Positions 25,180-32,000 of a stretch of 32,000 nucleotides of DNA are shown one piece after another. This DNA is from Copranaerobaculum intestinale. Its GTDB lineage: Bacteria > Bacillota_I > Bacilli_A > Erysipelotrichales > Erysipelotrichaceae. The notes beneath the pieces were generated by a model. That model saw only the letters and a list, made by a program, of their open reading frames with translations, was not told the DNA's origin and ran no database searches. The number at the start of each line of letters is the position of its first letter. Positions within the stretch are counted from its first letter, which is position 1. The stretch covers positions 630,001-662,000 of the forward strand of contig NZ_WUUQ01000002.1 of the NCBI RefSeq assembly GCF_009831105.1, read 5' to 3'. The position numbers and the translations under genes are program-made.

Positions 25180-25208
25180 ATTTTAAAGCTTTTCCTTTTT
25201 CATGTCAA
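25180..25208 (-). promoter_or_regulatory. Sigma-A promoter of the NifU-like/GGGtGRT operon
   Basis: Minus strand: consensus TTGACA (25208..25203), 17-nt spacer, TAAAAT (25185..25180). Confidence 0.65.
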
Positions 25209-25321
25209 TGTAATACCGCCATAAAATCTTACCTCTTTCACATGTAAAGGGTTTCATTTTTGTATTCACAGAAATTTGTTTTCATTTCTTTATCTGTCAG
25301 CACCTTTCCCCCTATACATTT

Positions 25322-25358
25322 AAAAGAAAAAACACAGCTGAGTTCCATCAGCTGTGTT
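25322..25358 (-). terminator. Rho-independent terminator of miaB
   Basis: Minus strand: AACACAGCTGA-TGGAAC-TCAGCTGTGTT followed by TTTTTTCTTTT. Confidence 0.85.
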
Positions 25359-25361
25359 TCC

Positions 25362-26804
25362 TTAATCGATTATCTCTTCCCCATCCAATGACCATGTTTT
25401 TACTTTTACGATCTTTATCTTGATGATATCGCCTGGCTTGGCAGTGCTTGTTTTAAAATTCACAAGTTTATTGGCCTCAGTATAGCCAGCAAACACCGCT
25501 TTGTTTTTCTTGCTGGGGCCATCCACCAAAACATCATAGACATTGCCTAAATAGGCTTCATTGTTTAAATGGGCATAATAATTGGTTTTTGCATTCAGGC
25601 GCTGCAATCGTTCCTGCTTTACATCCAGTGGAATATTATCTTCCATCCGCGCTGCCGGTGTTCCCTCGCGCGGTGAGTAAATAAAGGTAAATGCATTATC
25701 ATATTTTACATAATCTACGATATCCAGAGTATGCTGAAACTGCTCCTCGCTCTCATTTGGAAAACCGACGATGATATCAGTAGAAAAGGCAGCATTTTTC
25801 ACCTTGGAACGGATATTATCCACTAACTGTTTGTATTCTTCGATCGTATAACGTCGTCCCATCAGCTTCAGAATATCGCTGTCCCCTGATTGTACCGGCA
25901 GATGAATGAATGGCATGATATTATCATAACGGGCAATGACATCGATCATTTCCTCAGAGAAATCCCAAGGGTGCGAGGTCATGAATCGAACCCGGTCAAT
26001 ACCGATTTTCGCAACCTCCTCCAACAAGCTGGCAAATCCATTCTCAATATGCAAATCCTTGCCATACGCATTCACATTTTGTCCTAATAAGGTAACTTCT
26101 CGATATCCCTGTTCTTTCAGAATTCTGACTTCCTCCAGAATATCCTCAACGCTGCGGGAACGCTCCTTGCCGCGGGTATAAGGAACGATGCAATAGGTAC
26201 AGAATTTATCACAGCCATACATGATATTTACCCAAGCCTTGTGATTACCGAAACGGCGGACGGGAAGATTTTCGATTACTTCACCTTCCTTTGAAAATAC
26301 TTCAATCGTTTTTTCCTTATTCATCATTGCCTGATAGAGCAGAATCGGCAGGCGATGTATATTATGCGTGCCAAAAATCAGATCCACATGAGGATATTTT
26401 TTCAGGAGGGTATCGACAATTTCTTCTTCCTGTGCCATGCACCCGCACAAACCAAACAGGATATCCGGATTCTGCTTCCGCAGCCGTTTTAAAGAGCCCA
26501 GTTCTCCCAGTACTTTATCCTCCGCGTTTTTCCGAATTGCGCAGGTATTCATCAGGATCAGATCAGCGGTCTCTGGACTGTCAACCGCCTGAAATTGCAG
26601 AGCTTCCAAAATGCCGGCAATGGTCTCACTATCACGCTGATTGGACTGACAGCCGTAGGTGCGTAGATAATAAGTTCTCCCAGCGCCCAGCGTTCGTGCC
26701 TCAACCGGTATTTCAAATAGACTTTTTTCAATGACGCTCTCGTGTTTGGTGCGTATTTGTGCATCCTTGAGAGAAGGCAGCGCCCAGCCTGGCTGTTTTT
26801 TCAT
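25362..26804 (-). CDS. miaB: tRNA-2-methylthio-N6-dimethylallyladenosine synthase MiaB
   Basis: UPF0004 N-domain (YLRTYGCQSNQRDSE), radical SAM YGCDKFCTYCIVPYTRG, and a C-terminal TRAM domain. I chose the ATG at 26804, 7 nt after AAGGAG. Confidence 0.93.
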   Translation of the reverse strand: MKKQPGWALPSLKDAQIRTKHESVIEKSLFEIPVEARTLGAGRTYYLRTYGCQSNQRDSETIAGILEALQFQAVDSPETADLILMNTCAIRKNAEDKVLGELGSLKRLRKQNPDILFGLCGCMAQEEEIVDTLLKKYPHVDLIFGTHNIHRLPILLYQAMMNKEKTIEVFSKEGEVIENLPVRRFGNHKAWVNIMYGCDKFCTYCIVPYTRGKERSRSVEDILEEVRILKEQGYREVTLLGQNVNAYGKDLHIENGFASLLEEVAKIGIDRVRFMTSHPWDFSEEMIDVIARYDNIMPFIHLPVQSGDSDILKLMGRRYTIEEYKQLVDNIRSKVKNAAFSTDIIVGFPNESEEQFQHTLDIVDYVKYDNAFTFIYSPREGTPAARMEDNIPLDVKQERLQRLNAKTNYYAHLNNEAYLGNVYDVLVDGPSKKNKAVFAGYTEANKLVNFKTSTAKPGDIIKIKIVKVKTWSLDGEEIID

Positions 26805-26921
26805 AATCATTCTCCTTATTCTTATTTTATATACCTTAAATCAACATGTATTATTCTATAGTTTAAAAAGCTTAATGTAAAGGAAAATAGTTTTTATACG
26901 GCTCTTTCTTTTATTCAAGTG

Positions 26922-26930
26922 TGATACAAT
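26922..26930 (+). promoter_or_regulatory. Putative extended -10 promoter of the DUF1648 gene
   Basis: TGATACAAT (TGn + TACAAT), 33 nt upstream of the ATG. The -35 is poor. Confidence 0.35.
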
Positions 26931-26962
26931 AGAGTCAGTAACTGTGACTTGGAGGAAGCAGA

Positions 26963-27427
26963 ATGAAAACAGAACCGACAAAATATACCTTATCAGTAGA
27001 AATCGTATGTTTCCTGTTGCTGATCATAAGCAGTATCCTGCTCTGCGTATACTGGAATCATATTCCGGATAAGCTTGCGATGCATTATGATTTCAGCGGC
27101 AGCGTTACCCGTTATGGCAGTAAGACGGAAATTTTGATCATTCCCGCCACTGCCTGGATTTGTTATGTACTGATGAGCGTTATCGCACATTATCCGCAAA
27201 TTTGGAATACGGGAGTGGACATTACAGAGACAAACCGCGAACGTGTGTATCGTACCCTTAAATCGATGCTGGTAACATTAAAGCTGGTTGTCTGTACCCT
27301 GTTTCTTTCCTATATTCCAATCATCGTTCTGCAGCTTGCCCTGCCAGGCTGGTGGATTTTTATTGTTGTTGGCATTGTTTTTCTTATCTTGGGCGGTTTT
27401 TTATTCCACTTGTATCACATAAAATAA
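26963..27427 (+). CDS. DUF1648 domain membrane protein (SdpI-N-terminal-like)
   Basis: 154 aa, 4 predicted TM helices, with a pattern typical of DUF1648 (WNHIPDKLAMHYDFSGSVTRYGSK). SD is GGAGGAAG. Confidence 0.7.
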   Translation: MKTEPTKYTLSVEIVCFLLLIISSILLCVYWNHIPDKLAMHYDFSGSVTRYGSKTEILIIPATAWICYVLMSVIAHYPQIWNTGVDITETNRERVYRTLKSMLVTLKLVVCTLFLSYIPIIVLQLALPGWWIFIVVGIVFLILGGFLFHLYHIK

Positions 27428-27449
27428 AAAAACCAAGCTGGGCTTGGTT
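27424..27449 (-). terminator. Rho-independent terminator of the ferredoxin gene
   Basis: Minus strand: AACCAAGC-CCA-GCTTGGTT followed by TTTTTTTATTTT. The stem overlaps the fdx stop codon. Confidence 0.75.
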
Positions 27450-27622
27450 TACTGTGAAATAGCACTAACCGGGCAAGTTCCAACGCAAGAGCCGCAGTCG
27501 ATGCAAGTACCTTCATCACATGCTGATTTTCCGTCTCCGTCCATGGACAATGCGCCTACCGGACAAACTCCCACACAAGCACCGCAGCCGATGCATGCAT
27601 CTTTATCAATCGTTACTGGCAT
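27449..27622 (-). CDS. fdx: 2x[4Fe-4S] ferredoxin (57 aa)
   Basis: MPVTIDKDACIGCGACVGVCPVGALSMDGDGKSACDEGTCIDCGSCVGTCPVSAISQ has two CxxCxxCxxxCP motifs. The ATG at 27622 follows AAAGGAGGAA. The track start at 27733 is an upstream extension. Confidence 0.9.
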   Translation of the reverse strand: MPVTIDKDACIGCGACVGVCPVGALSMDGDGKSACDEGTCIDCGSCVGTCPVSAISQ

Positions 27623-27649
27623 TCTAAATTCCTCCTTTTGACTGACTCT

Positions 27650-27677
27650 ATTATAACATAAACCGTTTTCCTTGCAA
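27650..27677 (-). promoter_or_regulatory. Sigma-A promoter of the ferredoxin gene
   Basis: Minus strand: TTGCAA (27677..27672), 16-nt spacer, TGtTATAAT (extended -10; TATAAT at 27655..27650). Confidence 0.55.
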
Positions 27678-27756
27678 GCAGAAACAAAACGAAACAGATA
27701 CAATAAAGGAGGATAAAAGATACCTGTTATCACACAAATAAAAGGAGGAATTGATT

Positions 27757-28725
27757 ATGCACAATCGCATGCTGGACAAAGGGGCTGATACAATCACCCG
27801 CATCTGTGCCCAGATTCAAGAAAATGAAGAAGTATTGATTATTACGGAAACCCGTTATGAAGCAATCAGCGATGCTATTGTACGTGCGGTGAAAAAGCTT
27901 CATGGTTTGCCGACGGTAATGATCATGGAGGCAAGAAACCGCGATGGTGAAGAACCGGATCAAATCATTGCCGCTGCCATGAAGGCATCCGATGTATTTT
28001 TATGCATCGTATCTCATTCTATCACCCATACGCACGCTGTAAAAAATGCAACTGCTGCCGGAAGCCGCGGTTTGGTGCTGACGCAGTTTCATGAAGATAT
28101 GCTGATCCACGGCGGTATCACCTGTGATTTTGTGAAAGCTAAAGAAACCTGCATGGCGGTTGCTGAATGTTTGGAAAACGGTCATCACATTCACTTGGAA
28201 ACCGCAGCCGGCACCAATCTTACATTGGAAGCAGAAGGCCGCCGCGGCAATGCGCTGTATGGAGTGGTTGATCCGGGCATGTTTTCTACCATTCCCACGA
28301 TTGAGGCTAATGTATCACCGCTTGAATATACCGCAAATGGAGTTATCGTTGCGGATGCCAGCATCCCCTATGTCGGAATTGGGCTATTGAAGGAGCCGGT
28401 CATCTGCACCGTTGAAAAAGGCTTCATCACTGACATTCAAGGCGGTGAACAGGCGATGATCCTAAAAGAACATCTGCATAATAAGCAGGATCCCAATGTC
28501 TTCAATATTGCGGAATTGGGAATCGGTTTGAATCCCCGCAGTTCCTTTATTGGTTGGATGCTGGAGGATGAGGGTGTGTATGGTTCGGCACATATCGGTA
28601 TCGGTACCAGCATCACCTTAGGCGGTACTGTAAAAGCCGCCTGTCATTATGATCTTATTATGAAAGAAGCAACAGTGAGCATTGATGGCAAAAGGATTCT
28701 CGATCATGGCTCAGTACTTGTATAG
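27757..28725 (+). CDS. M29 (aminopeptidase T/AmpS)-like metalloenzyme, short form
   Basis: 322 aa from the ATG at 27757 (GGAGG, 8-nt spacer). M29-like ligand motifs EANVSP, AELGIGLNP, SAHIGIG and CHYDLIM. The same fold family includes the non-peptidase dioxygenase NicX. Confidence 0.75.
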   Translation: MHNRMLDKGADTITRICAQIQENEEVLIITETRYEAISDAIVRAVKKLHGLPTVMIMEARNRDGEEPDQIIAAAMKASDVFLCIVSHSITHTHAVKNATAAGSRGLVLTQFHEDMLIHGGITCDFVKAKETCMAVAECLENGHHIHLETAAGTNLTLEAEGRRGNALYGVVDPGMFSTIPTIEANVSPLEYTANGVIVADASIPYVGIGLLKEPVICTVEKGFITDIQGGEQAMILKEHLHNKQDPNVFNIAELGIGLNPRSSFIGWMLEDEGVYGSAHIGIGTSITLGGTVKAACHYDLIMKEATVSIDGKRILDHGSVLV

Positions 28726-28769
28726 AAAAAGCAGTGAATGGAATATTTTCCTTCACTGCTTCTTTTTTA
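28726..28769. terminator. Bidirectional rho-independent terminator (convergent M29-like gene and ymdB)
   Basis: AAGCAGTGAA (28729..28738) pairs with TTCACTGCTT (28752..28761). An A-run lies upstream and CTTTTTT downstream. Confidence 0.8.
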
Positions 28770-29546
28770 TGAACATTCAGGACGTATCTGAATTCGCTCA
28801 ATCGCGGTAGCCAGATTGGTCGTCTCATCAATCGTTACAATCGCACCACAGAAAATTGCTGGTCCCTCGGCAATTTTGAAACGGGTACGCTCATCAGTCG
28901 TAAATCGGGTGATGATTTCATCTACATCACGTCCGATCACGCTGCGATAAGCACCGCACATACCCAAATCGCTGATTGCCGCAGTTCCTGCTTCAATACG
29001 TTCGTCGGCAGTCTGCACATGCGTATGCGTTCCGACAACCGCAGCGACCCGTCCGGCAAAATAATAAGTAAACGCAATTTTTTCACTGGTCGTTTCTCCG
29101 TGGAAATCAACCAGATAAATATCAGCATCCTCATCCATCAAAATATCTTCCATACAGGCAAAGGGTGAATCCACAACGTTGTTCATCCACACTTCACCGC
29201 ATACATTGCTGATTGCTACGCGCTTTCCCTTCACTTGCAGAATGCGGGTACTTTTGCCGTATTCCAGCGGCTCCATATTAGCCGGTCTGACCAAACGATC
29301 TGCTTCTTCAATAAAGCGAAACAGATCATCCTTGGAAAACGTATGATTTCCCATGGTGATGCAGTCAATGCCGTAAGCCAGCAGCTGCTTATAAATTTTC
29401 TGCGTAATGCCTTTGCCATGAGCGCTGTTTTCACCGTTGGCAATCACCAGATCCAGCTCATATTCTTTTCTTAGCTGCGGTATTACACGACTGACAATTT
29501 CTCTGCCGGGTGATCCGACAATATCACCGACAAATAATATTTTCAT
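28767..29546 (-). CDS. ymdB: 2',3'-cyclic-nucleotide 2'-phosphodiesterase YmdB (TIGR00282-type metallophosphoesterase)
   Basis: MKILFVGDIVGSPGR...ANGENSAHGKGIT...GNHTF...DFHGETTSEK...GTHTHVQTAD. It lies directly downstream of rny, as in B. subtilis. Confidence 0.9.
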   Translation of the reverse strand: MKILFVGDIVGSPGREIVSRVIPQLRKEYELDLVIANGENSAHGKGITQKIYKQLLAYGIDCITMGNHTFSKDDLFRFIEEADRLVRPANMEPLEYGKSTRILQVKGKRVAISNVCGEVWMNNVVDSPFACMEDILMDEDADIYLVDFHGETTSEKIAFTYYFAGRVAAVVGTHTHVQTADERIEAGTAAISDLGMCGAYRSVIGRDVDEIITRFTTDERTRFKIAEGPAIFCGAIVTIDETTNLATAIERIQIRPECS

Positions 29547-29556
29547 AGATATTCCC

Positions 29557-31113
29557 CTATTTTGCTAATTCACTGGAACGGGTTTCTCGAATTACCGTAA
29601 CCTTGATTTGACCTGGATACGTCAGTTCTGCTTCGATCTTATCACGGATATCGCGCGCCAATTTATGACAGGCAACGTCATCCAATTGATCCGGAACTAC
29701 CATGACCCGTACTTCACGGCCAGCCTGAATAGCATAGGAGCTTTCCACACCGTGAAAGGACTTCGTGATTTTTTCCAGATTCTCTAATCGATTGATGTAA
29801 TTCTGCAGCGCTTCATAGCGAGCACCCGGGCGGGCTGCACTAAGCGTATCTGCGGCAATTACCAGATTGGAAATCAGATACTTCGGTTCCACTTCACCAT
29901 GATGACACTGAATGGCGTTCAATACAACATCCTTCTCACCATGCTTTTTACAGAATTTATAGCCCAATTCGATATGACTTCCCTCGATTTCAAAATCGAG
30001 TGCCTTACCGATATCATGAAGCAGACCAGCCCGTTTTGCCAGGGTCTGATTCAATCCCAGCTCAGCTGCCATCATACCAGTTAAATTCGCTACTTCCATA
30101 CAGTGCTGAAGCGCATTTTGTCCATATGAATAACGATACTTTAAGCGGCCGATCAGCTTGATGATCTCACGATCCATCTTGCCAAGTCCCAGCTTGAATA
30201 CGGTATCTTCTCCGACCTTCAGCATATTCGCATTAATTTCCTTGCGGATCTTATTGACCACTTCTTCAATACGTCCTGGCTGGATCCGGCCGTCTTTAAT
30301 TAAATGTTCCAGGGCCAGGCGCGCCACCTCACGGCGGATCGGATCAAAGCAGGATACCGTGATCGTTTCCGGTGTATCATCAATGATCAAATCGACGCCG
30401 GTAGCCTGTTCAATGGCCTTGATATTACGTCCTTCACGGCCGATGATCCGGCCCTTCATTTCTTCGCTAGGCAGACTTACCACGGAAACAGTACGTTCCA
30501 CCGCTTCATCCTGCGACATGCGCTGAATTGATAAAGCAACGATATTGCGCGCTTTTTCATCGGCAATGCTCTTTGCTTCCTCTTCCCGTTCCTTGATGTA
30601 AGTAGCTGTTTCTGCCGCCATGCGCTCTTCCGTGATCGCAAACAATTCCTGTTTAGCCTCATTGGAAGTCATCTTCGCTACGCGCTCCAGTTCTTCTACC
30701 TGCACATCGATTTTTGCCTGTAATTCCTTTTCTTTCTGCTCCAGCTTAGTCAGTTTATCGCTCAGCTGTACATTTTTGGCTTCTATTTGATTTTCTTTTG
30801 TAGTCAAAGCCTCATCTCTGAAATTCAAATTATCTTCGCGGCGCAACAGCTTATTTTCCATATCGGTAATTTCCTGTTTACGTTCTTTAATTTCCTTTTC
30901 CGCTGCAATTTTTAATTCATGAGTTTGTGTACGGCCGTCTAGGATTGCCTGTTTCACAATCGTATCTGCTTTTGCCTCTGTCTCTTTCAAAAGCAGTGAC
31001 GCCTTTTGCTGATCTTTATTTAAACCTGCTTTGGAGAGAACGATCATAACGATCACTCCAATGGCAAGACCTGCTAAGCCAGACAAAAAGATTATGATTA
31101 TACTATTATTCAT
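29557..31113 (-). CDS. rny: Ribonuclease Y
   Basis: N-terminal TM helix, coiled-coil region, KH domain ([13 protein letters not shown]) and HD domain (LLHDIGKA...HH). I chose the ATG at 31113, 6 nt after GGAGG. Confidence 0.95.
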   Translation of the reverse strand: MNNSIIIIFLSGLAGLAIGVIVMIVLSKAGLNKDQQKASLLLKETEAKADTIVKQAILDGRTQTHELKIAAEKEIKERKQEITDMENKLLRREDNLNFRDEALTTKENQIEAKNVQLSDKLTKLEQKEKELQAKIDVQVEELERVAKMTSNEAKQELFAITEERMAAETATYIKEREEEAKSIADEKARNIVALSIQRMSQDEAVERTVSVVSLPSEEMKGRIIGREGRNIKAIEQATGVDLIIDDTPETITVSCFDPIRREVARLALEHLIKDGRIQPGRIEEVVNKIRKEINANMLKVGEDTVFKLGLGKMDREIIKLIGRLKYRYSYGQNALQHCMEVANLTGMMAAELGLNQTLAKRAGLLHDIGKALDFEIEGSHIELGYKFCKKHGEKDVVLNAIQCHHGEVEPKYLISNLVIAADTLSAARPGARYEALQNYINRLENLEKITKSFHGVESSYAIQAGREVRVMVVPDQLDDVACHKLARDIRDKIEAELTYPGQIKVTVIRETRSSELAK

Positions 31114-31263
31114 AATCATCCTCCATTCGTCTTATTAAGGAAATTTATATTCCCTGATAATCATAACATAATTTGCGATCTCTGCACAATCATTATTCCC
31201 ATTTTATACCGATATCAATAGGTTTTTTTATCCTTTTTGACAGTACTGACATGGATTCAGCAC

Positions 31264-31291
31264 AAAATAAAAACCGGAATTTGATCCGGTT
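31264..31291 (-). terminator. Rho-independent terminator of recA
   Basis: Minus strand: AACCGGA-TCAAAT-TCCGGTT followed by TTTATTTT. The stem touches the recA stop codon. Confidence 0.8.
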
Positions 31292-32000
31292 TATGCTGGA
31301 GCAGTGAGCAATTCACGAATTTTAGCATCAATCAGCTCAACCAACTCAGGGTTGCCCTTCAGGAAAGCCTTCGCCGCTTCCCGGCCCTGTCCGATTTTCT
31401 CGCCGTTATATGAGAACCAAGCACCGCTTTTCATGATGATATCATGATCAACAGCCATATCAAGCACTTCTCCGATGTATGAAATACCCTCACCATACAT
31501 AATTTCAATCGAAGCTACCTTGAACGGCGGTGCTACCTTATTTTTCACAACTTTCACATTGACTTTGTTACCGATGATTTCAGTTCCGTTTTTAATTGCT
31601 TCGGAACGGCGGATATCCAAGCGAACGGAAGCATAGAACTTCAATGCACGACCACCCGGAGTAGTTTCCGGACTGCCGTACATCACGCCTACTTTCTCAC
31701 GCAGCTGATTGATGAAAATAGCCGTACATTCACTACGATTCATAACACCGGAGAGCTTACGCATCGCTTTGGACATCAAACGAGCCTGCAGCCCCACATG
31801 AGCATCGCTCATTTCGCCGTCAAGCTCGGCCTGCGGTACCAAGGCCGCAACAGAATCCACGACAACCAGATCAATGGCCCCGCTCTTAATCAGCATTTCG
31901 GTAATTTCCAGCGCCTGTTCACCACTGTCCGGCTGGGACAGAATCAGCTCATCAATATCCACCCCGAGATTTTTCGCGTAATTGGGATCAATGGCATTTT
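31291..32000 (-). CDS. recA: Recombinase RecA (5' end outside the window)
   Basis: ...[31 protein letters not shown]...[38 protein letters not shown]...[37 protein letters not shown]. The frame is open to position 32000. Confidence 0.97.
   Translation of the reverse strand, partial: NAIDPNYAKNLGVDIDELILSQPDSGEQALEITEMLIKSGAIDLVVVDSVAALVPQAELDGEMSDAHVGLQARLMSKAMRKLSGVMNRSECTAIFINQLREKVGVMYGSPETTPGGRALKFYASVRLDIRRSEAIKNGTEIIGNKVNVKVVKNKVAPPFKVASIEIMYGEGISYIGEVLDMAVDHDIIMKSGAWFSYNGEKIGQGREAAKAFLKGNPELVELIDAKIRELLTAPA

Noticed and set aside
1-32000. Mobile element, prophage, defence island, CRISPR array, tRNA or rRNA
   Set aside because: No integrase, transposase or recombinase ORFs were found. 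No spaced direct-repeat arrays and no cloverleaf-like or rRNA-like segments were noticed. Composition looks uniform, and gene order follows conserved Bacillota synteny.

Overview
The window is a conserved core-genome block of a low-GC Gram-positive bacterium (Bacillota), probably an anaerobe (inference). Almost every gene is on the minus strand. Read right to left, the order resembles the Bacillus subtilis ymd/ymf/ylb neighbourhoods: recA (partial), rny, ymdB, miaB, an RNase J2-like gene, ftsK, a BMP-family nucleoside-type ABC importer, an M16 peptidase pair, a tail-less SSB, tmcAL (plus strand), an alpha/beta hydrolase, yceD-rpmF, murT-gatD, and rimP-nusA (partial). I found no rRNA, tRNA, CRISPR array, transposase, integrase or recognisable defence genes. 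Several ORF-track entries are antisense artefacts or over-extended starts. Two genes the track misses were recovered by hand: nusA, which has no stop in the window, and rpmF, which is only 56 aa. Three small insertions interrupt the conserved synteny and are the places worth a second look. (1) An IscU/NifU-like gene is tightly coupled to a GGGtGRT-motif gene; the pair has its own strong promoter and a structured leader of about 140 nt, and no known function to my knowledge. (2) A YjjI-family glycyl-radical enzyme and its YjjW activase overlap the end of ftsK and sit directly next to the nucleoside importer. (3) A ferredoxin, an M29-like metalloenzyme and a DUF1648 membrane protein form a cluster between miaB and ymdB. 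An orphan membrane HExxH (site-2-protease-like) protein with a helical-repeat tail lies next to insertion 1. All functional calls rest on motif recognition and recalled family knowledge. No database search was run.
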